From an uncultured Methanomicrobiaceae archaeon (GTDB lineage: Archaea; Halobacteriota; Methanomicrobia; Methanomicrobiales; Methanoculleaceae), in the NCBI GenBank assembly GCA_963826525.1, contig CAWGXH010000005.1:256001-320000 (forward strand): DNA of 64,000 bases, given 5' to 3'. Of the stretch, positions 1 to 8,768 are shown in pieces. Numbering within the stretch: the stretch's first letter is position 1; every line of letters begins with the position of its first letter. The position numbers and the translations under genes are program-made. The notes beneath the pieces were generated by a model that was not told where the DNA came from, searched no databases, and saw only the letters and a program-made list of their open reading frames with translations.

Positions 1-18
1 CACATATTAGGTACTGGT

Positions 19-1125
19 ATGGACGGTATCTACTCTGGAATAGGAATTATCGTCGCCGGAATCGTGGGCGCGTACATCGTCCACGAGATCTTCCGGTGGC
101 TGCAGAAGAGGGCTGACCTCACCGAATCGAAGATGGATGACATCATTCTCTTCTCGCTCGCGAAACCGGCCACCATCGCCGTTTTCCTTGGTTCACTCTG
201 GATCGCAGTTACTATGTACATCGATTCTGCGACCCTCCTCGGCGATTATGCGTGGCTCCTCTCGAGCAGGTACTTCACCGCCGCCGCAATCCTGATCGGT
301 GCCTGGATCGTATCGAGTTTCTCCTATAGTTTCATCAACCTCTACGGCCGTTGGATGGCATCGAAGACTGAGACGGACATCGATGACCGGATCATCCAGA
401 TTCTGGAGATCGCAGCGAAGTACATCGTGTGGTTCATCGCCGTTCTTATGGTGCTTCAGACGCTTGAGATCGACATCACGCCCCTGATCGCAGGCGCGGG
501 GATCGCCGGCCTTGCCGTCGCCCTGGCTGCGCAGGATATCATGTCGAATTTCTTCGGCGGAGCGTTGATCCTGGTCGACAAGCCGTTTCAGGTCGGCGAC
601 CGGATCAAGGTAGACAACTACCTCGGCGATGTGATCAGCATCGGGCCGCGGAGCACCCGGATGAAGACGCTCGACTACCAGCTCGTTACCATCCCGAACT
701 CGACGATCTCAAGCAACATCGTCGTCAACTATGCGATGCCGGATGTGAAACTGAAGATCAAGATCCCGGTCTCGGTCGCCTACGGCAGCGATGTTGCCCG
801 GGTGAAGGAGATCCTCCTCGAGATCGGCCGGGAGGCAGCAGAGCGGTCCGAGTACGTTCTCGATGACCCGGCACCCTCGGTCTACTTCCTCGAGTTCGGG
901 GCGTCGAGCCTGAACTTCATGCTGGTCATCTGGGCACGTGCATTCAATATGGCCTGGGATGTGCAGGACTTTGTGAATACCCGGATCGACGAACGGTTTA
1001 CGGAGGAAGGTATGGAGATCCCGTTCCCCCAGATGGATCTCCACATCAGGGACGGATTCTCCTCTCCGGGAAAACTGCCGGAAGGGGTCTATCAGGTCAC
1101 GGACAGTACCGATGCCGTCATATAA
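19..1125 (+). CDS. mscS: Small-conductance mechanosensitive channel (MscS family)
   Basis: N-terminal TM helices; GAGIAGLAVALAAQDIMSNFFGG, KPFQVGDRI, IGPRST, IPNS, GMEIPFPQ motifs. Confidence 0.93.
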   Translation: MDGIYSGIGIIVAGIVGAYIVHEIFRWLQKRADLTESKMDDIILFSLAKPATIAVFLGSLWIAVTMYIDSATLLGDYAWLLSSRYFTAAAILIGAWIVSSFSYSFINLYGRWMASKTETDIDDRIIQILEIAAKYIVWFIAVLMVLQTLEIDITPLIAGAGIAGLAVALAAQDIMSNFFGGALILVDKPFQVGDRIKVDNYLGDVISIGPRSTRMKTLDYQLVTIPNSTISSNIVVNYAMPDVKLKIKIPVSVAYGSDVARVKEILLEIGREAAERSEYVLDDPAPSVYFLEFGASSLNFMLVIWARAFNMAWDVQDFVNTRIDERFTEEGMEIPFPQMDLHIRDGFSSPGKLPEGVYQVTDSTDAVI

Positions 1126-2056
1126 GGCGGAAAAATAATCCCCGTTCTTCCGCTACCGCCTCAATCTTTCCTTTTTCAAGCAGTATCCCGAGGTACTTGT
1201 TCATCTCGTTTGGATGAAGCGAAAAGATCCTGCAGAGATCCTCGGTGGTGCACGGCCGCCGGGCAAGGGTCACACAGACCGATTCGAGGATCTCCGCCCG
1301 GAAGGTGCGGATCGCCTCCCTGCACGTGCTGGCTGCGATCACCTCGACCCGGGGGTCGCCCAGGAATGCGGCGATCCGTTCGAGCGATGCCCGGGGGACA
1401 GGCGTCACCCAGATCTCCGTCCCGGGACGATCGAGCGTGTTCAACTGCACCCGATCGGGGTCGATCGCTGAAATAGCGTCGCGGATCCGGGCGAGTTCCT
1501 CCTCCGAGTCGTTCAGTCCCGGGACGATGAAGATCTCAAGCCAGATCTCTCCGGGAAAGTCGCGGGAGAATGCGATCAGGCCTTCGAGGGCGGACGCAGC
1601 CGTTACACCGGTGCACGGGCGGTTCACTGCGGTAAAGACCGATTCTGAGACCGCATCGAGGGAGGGGACGACGAGATCCGCGCTCGCAAGGTCGCTTCGC
1701 ACCTGCGGGTCGGTGAGAAGGGCGCCGTTCGTGAGCACCGCCACCCGGTATCCGGGGTAACGCTCTTTGAGGAAGCCGATGATCTCCCCGATACCGGAAT
1801 GCAGCGTGGGCTCTCCCGATCCCGCGAAGGTGATATGGTCGAGTGCCGGTTCCATCCGGAGATAATCGTCAAGTTCCCTGATGACATCAGCCGTCGGGAC
1901 ATATTCGCGCCGCTCACAGGTCTTGCGCGTCGTCCTGCCGCACTCGCAGTAGATGCAGTCATACGGGCAGGTCTTCCGGGGGATGAGATCGACGCCCAGG
2001 GAGACACCGAGACGGCGGGAAGGGACCGGGCCGAAGAGATGTTTGTAAACCATCAA
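1118..2056 (-). CDS. Radical SAM protein (TYW1/COG0731-like Fe-S oxidoreductase)
   Basis: FGPVPSRRLGVSLGVD, CPYDCIYC (CxxxCxxC), GSGEPTLH, LTNG. Confidence 0.88.
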   Translation of the reverse strand: MMVYKHLFGPVPSRRLGVSLGVDLIPRKTCPYDCIYCECGRTTRKTCERREYVPTADVIRELDDYLRMEPALDHITFAGSGEPTLHSGIGEIIGFLKERYPGYRVAVLTNGALLTDPQVRSDLASADLVVPSLDAVSESVFTAVNRPCTGVTAASALEGLIAFSRDFPGEIWLEIFIVPGLNDSEEELARIRDAISAIDPDRVQLNTLDRPGTEIWVTPVPRASLERIAAFLGDPRVEVIAASTCREAIRTFRAEILESVCVTLARRPCTTEDLCRIFSLHPNEMNKYLGILLEKGKIEAVAEERGLFFRLI

Positions 2057-2258
2057 AACTCCGTCGTGCTGCTATCCTGAGTATGTTGCACCGGTACGTA
2101 TTTAGGAATGCGCGCCGGAAGAGATGATCGCGATAAACGGGAGAGAGTCAGATGACAGCGGGAGAAGCGGGACGCGGATACGGCCTCATGGGCGGTGTGT
2201 TCTTCGATAATATACGGGGGAGGCGGGAGCACCCCACGGCGCCCGGGATGGTGCTGCC

Positions 2259-3119
2259 ATGATGATCGCCGTCGTAAGCGGGAAAGGGGGTACCGGCAAG
2301 ACGACGCTGACGGCGGCACTTGCCGCTCTCGCCCCGTCCCCGGTGGTCATGGCGGACTGCAATCTGGAATCTTCGAACCTTGCCCTGCTCCTGCCGACCG
2401 GCACGGTCTCGAAAAGACCGCTGACGGGAAGACCGTGTGCCGTCATCGATACCGACACCTGTGTCGAGTGTCTCTCCTGTGTGGAGCACTGCGCTTTCGG
2501 GGCGATCTCGTACAGGGCGGGCAGGTTCGTTGTCAGTCCGGTAGCATGCGAGGGGTGCGGTCTCTGCACGAGGGTCTGTCCGGCATCCGCTCCGCGTATG
2601 GAACCGTGGTTCGTCGGGGATCTCTGTCTTGCGGAAACCCCGTACGGCCTGCTCTCGCATGCCCGTCTTCTGCCGGGCTACAGCACAAACGGCTTTCTGG
2701 TGGCCGAGGTGAAGCGGCAGGCGCGTGAGGCTGCCGGAGAAGAGCCGCTCCTCCTCGTCGACGGCCCTCCGGGAACCGGGGGTGCGCTCCTTGCCGCCGT
2801 GGCAGGCGCGGATCTCATTCTGGTCGTGACGGAACCGAGTGCTGCGGGTATCCGCGACCTTGAACGTGTCGTGGCTGCCTGCCGGGACGTTGGCGGGGTA
2901 ATCGGGGTGGTGATCGGCAGAGCAGGACAGGATCTCAAAAAGACGGATGATATCCGGAGATTCTGCCGGGATGAAGGGATCGATGTCTTCGGCGAGGTTC
3001 CGATCGATGGCGCGGTGCTCGCGCAGATACGGACTCTCACCACCTCCGTGTCTCCTGGAGCTCGGGCTTATAGGCAGATCTGGGACTGTATCGAGAGATA
3101 TTGTGCTAAGTCTCCTTGA
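2259..3119 (+). CDS. MinD-superfamily P-loop ATPase with inserted 4Fe-4S ferredoxin domain
   Basis: Deviant Walker A SGKGGTGKTT, two CxxCxxCxxxC motifs, DGPPGTG, VTEPS. Confidence 0.88.
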   Translation: MMIAVVSGKGGTGKTTLTAALAALAPSPVVMADCNLESSNLALLLPTGTVSKRPLTGRPCAVIDTDTCVECLSCVEHCAFGAISYRAGRFVVSPVACEGCGLCTRVCPASAPRMEPWFVGDLCLAETPYGLLSHARLLPGYSTNGFLVAEVKRQAREAAGEEPLLLVDGPPGTGGALLAAVAGADLILVVTEPSAAGIRDLERVVAACRDVGGVIGVVIGRAGQDLKKTDDIRRFCRDEGIDVFGEVPIDGAVLAQIRTLTTSVSPGARAYRQIWDCIERYCAKSP

Positions 3120-4416
3120 TCCCGAGCATTCGCTGGCAGTAATTATCGACCGACCGGAAGACTGCACCCCTGATTCCCTCGACCTTGCCGGTTCCCTCGA
3201 CAACGACGAACTCCAGAAGATCGGCATAGTAGTTCTGCGAGGGATATTTGCGTTTAAAACTCTCGAGACAGAGTGTGGACTCCGTCTGTTTCCCCCGCAG
3301 GAATGCATGAGCGAAATCGGCGATGGCGAGCACGTGGCCGGCCATGCCCTTCTCTGCAGCGAGCCGCCGGAACTCGTTGAACTCTTTATCCCCGGTGAGG
3401 TAAAAGGACGTCCGGATACCGTAGTAGATCGGCTCGATATCATCCGGGTACTTCTCCCGCATCGCCCTGACGAGGCCGAGCGCATCGCCAAGCTCCGCCT
3501 GATCGAACCGCATGTAGTATGCCTCCCGGAAGAAGATCATATCGTCGGGGAACCGCACCAGGGCGACCTGGAGCATCTTGACCAGAACCACCTGATTTTT
3601 GTCGTTCTTCGCTTTTCTAAAACCGATCTGGATGAACCAGCGGTTTTCAGGGAACCACTCCGTGGCCGAGAAGATCATCATCCAGAAGGGCTCGTCGAGC
3701 CAGCGGTCGCTCTTCATCTCGCCGCGGACGAGGCGGTTCAGGGGAGGCTTCCACTGGCTGAGTTCCTCGAGGTACTGGCGCGCAAGTTTGAGGTAATTCC
3801 ACCGTTCACCGGATGAAAAGCCAGGTTCCGTCGAGCCCTCTTTGTAGAGGGCATAGTGGCAGTATGCATACAGGCAACCGACCTCTGCATCGTGTTTCCA
3901 GTAGGGCTTGAGGAAGGTGAGCGCTTCGAGGTACCTGCCGATCTTTATCAGCTTGACAGCAGCGGCGAGGTGGACTCCGGCTATCCTCTCCTTCTTTCGT
4001 TTTATTCCGGCCGCAATATCACAGAGACGGAGAATGAACTTCGTATCGTCGGCGCGACGGGTGGTATCGAATACTTTGTACGTGACCGCATCGACGAATT
4101 CGTCATACGCCTGTTCGGGAACGGGTATGCTCATCTGATCGAAGAGCGATGCGACCTTGCCAAAGAAAACAGGAAAGTTCCCATCGATATACTCAACGTT
4201 TTTATTGATATAGTCAAATAATTCTGCTTTGGATTTATCGAGCATACTCGAGACGACGACATCCGGGACGAACCCTTCCTCCATACAATATACTCGGGAA
4301 ATACGGTAATAAATTAACCGAAATTCTTGAGGGGCTGCTTCACGCCGCTCGGTAAAATTATCCCGATTCCGGAGCTTCGCCCAATCTTCGCCCTCTGAAG
4401 CAGTCTTCCTCTCCAT
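3106..4416 (-). CDS. Hypothetical alpha-helical (TPR-like) protein
   Basis: 436-aa ORF with natural composition, AT-rich promoter-like region upstream; no catalytic motif recognised. Confidence 0.65.
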   Translation of the reverse strand: MERKTASEGEDWAKLRNRDNFTERREAAPQEFRLIYYRISRVYCMEEGFVPDVVVSSMLDKSKAELFDYINKNVEYIDGNFPVFFGKVASLFDQMSIPVPEQAYDEFVDAVTYKVFDTTRRADDTKFILRLCDIAAGIKRKKERIAGVHLAAAVKLIKIGRYLEALTFLKPYWKHDAEVGCLYAYCHYALYKEGSTEPGFSSGERWNYLKLARQYLEELSQWKPPLNRLVRGEMKSDRWLDEPFWMMIFSATEWFPENRWFIQIGFRKAKNDKNQVVLVKMLQVALVRFPDDMIFFREAYYMRFDQAELGDALGLVRAMREKYPDDIEPIYYGIRTSFYLTGDKEFNEFRRLAAEKGMAGHVLAIADFAHAFLRGKQTESTLCLESFKRKYPSQNYYADLLEFVVVEGTGKVEGIRGAVFRSVDNYCQRMLGIKET

Positions 4417-4419
4417 CCT

Positions 4420-4560
4420 GAAAGAAATGAAATGTACTTTACGTTTCCCATAATTCCAATCTCTCTTATATATCCTTTTAAAACATTAAAACTCAGTAAA
4501 AATCGCCATATTTATCTGCAAAGGTATATATATCGAGATAGGCTGTATATTCATTGTTTC
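4420..4560. promoter_or_regulatory. AT-rich divergent promoter region with TATA-like boxes
   Basis: CTTATATA near 4465 and GGTATATATATC near 4523, between divergent genes. Confidence 0.5.
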
Positions 4561-4597
4561 AGAACTCCGTTGAACACGATCTGTGAGGTGCCGTTCC

Positions 4598-5767
4598 ATG
4601 ACCCCGAGTAACGAACTCGAACTGAAAAAATTCGTTGTTCCCGAGTTTATCTTCGGATCCGGCTCACTCGGCCTCGCAGGACGGTATGCCCGCAATTTCG
4701 GCCTGCGGAAGGTGCTGCTCGTCACCGACCCCGGGGTCAGGAGAGCCGGCTGGACTGCACGGGTCTCCGAAAGTCTTACCGAGGCCGGAATCTCTTATGA
4801 GATCTTCGATCGGATATCCCCGAATCCACGTGCCGGCGAGGTCATGGCCGGTGCCGGGGTCTACCAGGCAACGGAGTGCCAGGGGCTCGTCGCAGTCGGC
4901 GGCGGAAGTCCCATGGACTGCGCGAAAGGGATCGGGATCGTCAGCTCGAACCGGCGATCCATTCTGAGTTATGAGGGTGTCGACCAGGTGCTTCTGCCGG
5001 GTCCGCCGCTCATATGCATTCCCACAACCGCCGGGAGCTCGGCGGATGTCTCTCAGTTCGCTATCATCACCGATGAGCGGGAGAAGCGGAAGATAGCGAT
5101 CATCAGCAAGACGCTCGTTCCGGACATCTCGCTCCTCGATCCTCTCCCGCTGACGACGATGGACGCCGAACTTACCGTGGATACGGGACTCGACGCACTC
5201 TGCCACGCGATTGAGGCGTACGTCTCGAATGCAAGCTCGCCCATGACCGACCTGCATGCCCTGCAGGCGATACGCCTGCTTGCGTCTTCTCTTCCCGATG
5301 CCGTTGCCGCACCGGACGATCTGCACTTCCGTTACCGGACCATGCTCGGCAGTCTCCACGCCGGCCTCGCGTTCTCCAATGCAAGTCTCGGCGCCGTCCA
5401 TGCAATGGCACATAGCCTCGGCGGTCTGCTCGACCTGGCACACGGACGGTGCAACGCCCTCCTTCTCGAGCATGTGGCGGCCTACAACTACGACGCGGCA
5501 CCTCGAGCGCTACGACGCGATCGGACAATGCTCTGGGGGCTCGACCTGTGCGGGGTCGGGCACGATGAGAGACGGAAGCGCATCCGCGATGCGATCGCTT
5601 CCTTCCGCCGGTCGCTCGGCATCAGCGTGACGCTCTCCGACCTCGGGGTGACCGAGGGCGATCTCTCCGACCTGGCATTACGGGCGCTCAACGATCCGTG
5701 CATGGCCACCAATCCCCGCCGGCCGACGCACCGGGAGGTGGAGATGATCTATGCATCGGCACTCTGA
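4598..5767 (+). CDS. ercA: Iron-containing alcohol dehydrogenase family, ErcA-like regulatory protein (local compensating indels ~5500-5540)
   Basis: LKKFVVPEFIFG start, GGGSPMD, PTTAGSSA, DALCHAIE, HAMAHSLGG..HG metal ligands. Confidence 0.8.
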   Translation: MTPSNELELKKFVVPEFIFGSGSLGLAGRYARNFGLRKVLLVTDPGVRRAGWTARVSESLTEAGISYEIFDRISPNPRAGEVMAGAGVYQATECQGLVAVGGGSPMDCAKGIGIVSSNRRSILSYEGVDQVLLPGPPLICIPTTAGSSADVSQFAIITDEREKRKIAIISKTLVPDISLLDPLPLTTMDAELTVDTGLDALCHAIEAYVSNASSPMTDLHALQAIRLLASSLPDAVAAPDDLHFRYRTMLGSLHAGLAFSNASLGAVHAMAHSLGGLLDLAHGRCNALLLEHVAAYNYDAAPRALRRDRTMLWGLDLCGVGHDERRKRIRDAIASFRRSLGISVTLSDLGVTEGDLSDLALRALNDPCMATNPRRPTHREVEMIYASAL

Positions 5768-6891
5768 CATGGAGCCTGACTGGGAATCGCTCCGGGAGCG
5801 TATCATCGGCCTCGGCGAGCACTCGATTCACAAGAGTTATTACCCCGAGCTCCAGGACCGTCTCGCCGAACTTGAACGATTCCGCGCACTTCTGGATCAG
5901 ACCAGCGATGCCATCTTTCTCATCGATGCTGAGACCGGCCTTCTCATCGATACGAATGAGTCGGCATGGCTGCAGCTCGGCTACGACCGGGACAGGCTGA
6001 TGCGGATTCCGTTCTGCAGCCTGATTGCCCCGGCCAGCCGCTCCTGGTTCCTCGAGTTCTTCGCGTCCGGGCAGAACCGGGCCCGCCGGGAGCAGGTTAT
6101 GGTAGCCGGACTCATGACCTCCGACGACCGTGAGACCCCCGTCGAGATCACCATCAGATTCGTGACCTTCGGGGACGAGCGCTACGCTGTTGCCGTGGCG
6201 CGGGATATCGCCGAACGGATCCGGACAGAACGCGAACTCCGGATCAAGGAGAGTGCGTTTGAATCGTCGACGAACGGTATTCTGATCGCCGATCTCGAAG
6301 GCCTCCCGATTTACGCAAACCCTGCCCTCCTCAGCATGTTCGATTACGAGGGCGTCCACCTCATCCAGGAAAAATCCGTCAGCGACTTCTTCTCCTGCAC
6401 CGGCACTAACACAAGGCTGCTTGAACGGCTCTATCGTCAGGGATCGTTTGCCGGTGAGGGGCGCGGGAGACGGAACGGCGGGTCGGTCTTCGACGTGCAT
6501 CTCTCGGGAAGTATCGTTCGGAACGACTCAGGCCAGCCGCTCTGTATGGTGGTTATCTGCATGGACATCACCGAGCGGAAACAGATGGAGGAGATGAAGC
6601 ATGATGCGTATGAGCAGCTCCGGAAGAATATCGAGCAGTTTGCAATCCTCGGGGATCATATCCGGAACCCGCTGCAGGTGATCGTCGGCATCGCCGAGAT
6701 GATCGACGATCCCCTGACCGGCAAGATTCTCAACCAGTCGGAGCGGATCAACGATATCATCACCGAGCCTCGACCGGGGATGGGTCGAGTCCGAGAGCGT
6801 GCGGCGCTACCTGAAGAGGCGGGAGAGGGCAGGGGAGCGATTGGAGGGTACCTCTGCAAAAGCGTCCCGGTACCTGCAGAGTCAGGAGTGA
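5751..6891 (+). CDS. PAS-domain sensor with ErcS-like N-terminus and C-terminal HisKA-like H-box, no HATPase (frameshift ~6769)
   Basis: IIGLGEHSIHKSYYPEL, two PAS/PAC units, EQFAILGDHIRNPLQVI; shifted frame continues LDRGWVESE to TGA at 6891. Confidence 0.82.
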
Positions 6892-6928
6892 CGATCGGTT
6901 TTTTGCCGTCCGGAGTGCCATCTCTGGT

Positions 6929-7643
6929 ATGTTTGGCATCTCTACGTACTGCCTTCACCGTGAACCGCTCGAGACGGCGCTCGACCGGCTCGCACCGGTC
7001 ACCGACTATGTCGAGGTGATGGATGAGGGGCTGCACTACCTGGAATCCGCAGAGCCCCTCGAGAGTTACTCGTTTGCCTGCTCCATCCATGCACCGAGCC
7101 GCGGCGTGAACATCGCAAGCCTCCTCGAACCGATCCGGAGGGCGAGCGTCGAGGTGCTCGTCGAGACCTTCGCCCTTGCCGGGGAGCTCGATGCCGACGT
7201 CGTCGTGCACCCGGGGTATTACGCATGGCGCGAGGAGCGGGAACGCGCGGTGGCGAGGTTCCGGCAGTCCCTCGACGAACTGCTGCGGGCGGCGGACGAG
7301 TTCTCGATCTCGTTTACGGTCGAGAATATGGGTAACTGGGAGGTACTTCTTCCTCAGGACGCCCGACGAACTCCCGCTCATCGACGGGATCGGGTTTGCA
7401 CTCGACGTCGGGCATGCCAACCTCAATGATGGCAGCCTCCCCGGGTTCCTTGCCCACCCGATCGCCCATTTCCACCTCCATGACAACGACGGCGGAAAGG
7501 ATACCCACTCCACCGTAGGAGAAGGGACGATCGACTTTCGCGCGGTGATGGATGCGGTGCGGAAGAACAACGTCATCCCCATCGTCGAGGTGGATACGTT
7601 CGACGGTGTGCTGGCAAGTATTGAGGTGCTCAGGAAGCTCTGA
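6929..7643 (+). CDS. Sugar phosphate isomerase/epimerase, AP-endonuclease-2 TIM barrel (frameshift ~7340)
   Basis: SIHAP, VVHPG, VENM, LDVGHA, HLHDNDGGKDTH, GEGTIDF across two frames. Confidence 0.85.
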
Positions 7644-7756
7644 TTGTGGTTCTGGCTGCATTAAGGCTTTATTCCCTGGCGGAACGGGGTGTCTTCGCAA
7701 AAATTCAATCCGTAAAATTTTATTAGGACGAGCACCCACCTATGTAGGTGCGCCAT

Positions 7757-7829
<73 letters not shown>

Positions 7830-7959
7830 TCATTTCGCGGAGTTCTTAACCCCTCTTGTTAAAAGAACCCGCAAATTCGATAGTTCTGCCGTCGCGCAAG
7901 ATCGATCACTTTTACGGATTCGATCTGGTGCATTTTTCTGGAAACTCATAGTTGTCCTC

Positions 7960-8065
7960 GTGCAGATTCTAGTCGAGCGCTATGGCGGGAAGATATGGGC
8001 CGAAGACAGAGTGTCCGGCCATCACGAGGAAGGGGCGGCGTTTAAACTCACGCTCATAAAAGCCA
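7960..8065 (+). pseudogene. C-terminal remnant of a HATPase_c histidine kinase
   Basis: LVERYGGKIWAEDRVSGHHEEGAAFKLTL closely resembles LVERYGGRIWVEDRVPGHPAEGAAFRFTL at ~24220-24310; no upstream kinase sequence. Confidence 0.7.
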
Positions 8066-8093
8066 TGCAGAACAGTAGATATCTTCTGAAAAA

Positions 8094-8354
8094 TTATTTT
8101 CCTGCCAACAACCGCCGCACCGCTTTTGTATGCGGCTTGATATCCGCCCCTTTCCGTATCCGGTCCTTGATACTCTTGAATACCCCTCGTCTCACATCCT
8201 TCTGTGGCATCTGCAGGATGCGTTGCAGGGTTTCCACTTTGTTAAAAACGAGACCGTCCTGGGATAAACCGCAGTTCCAGGATATCCAGTTCGAGACTAT
8301 ATGCGACATTTTGCCTTGTTTATACAAAAGGTTCCGGTTCCCCGCCGGGATCAT
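8094..8354 (-). CDS. Small basic hypothetical protein
   Basis: 86-aa ORF, no motif recognised. Confidence 0.3.
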   Translation of the reverse strand: MIPAGNRNLLYKQGKMSHIVSNWISWNCGLSQDGLVFNKVETLQRILQMPQKDVRRGVFKSIKDRIRKGADIKPHTKAVRRLLAGK

Positions 8355-8440
8355 AACCGAACGCCGGTTCCCGGCATATTTGTCGTTATGAAGGAATCAC
8401 CTCTGCTGGTAACATCGATTTCACTAATTTATTATGTTCC

Positions 8441-8645
8441 ATGAGCCAAAAGGATCGTATCGTCAGGGGAAATGATACGCTATCCCGCACCCTTGAAACC
8501 CCCTGGCAGAATCTGCTCTCAATTTCTGCTCTCTCCCGCATGACAGGTCTTGATCGCCATACCGCAGTAACTACCCGGAAATCCTCCTCTTCCGTGCATG
8601 GTGGAGGATATCCAGCAAGGCAGGGCTACAATGTGCTCACATACA
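8441..8645 (+). pseudogene. Degenerate winged-helix HTH gene
   Basis: LSISALSRMTGLDRHT, then in shifted frames NYPEILL..MVEDIQQGRA, resembling the wHTH N-termini of methanogen PAS regulators. Confidence 0.45.
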
Positions 8646-8768
8646 GTGTTCTCCCATCCCCCCATGACCCCAGAAGAACAGCGGAGTTACTACCTCCCTT
8701 TCTCCCGTCACCAGATGTAAGATTACCATGCCCGAAGGAATGTGGCGGACAGCCAGGAGGAGTGGATA

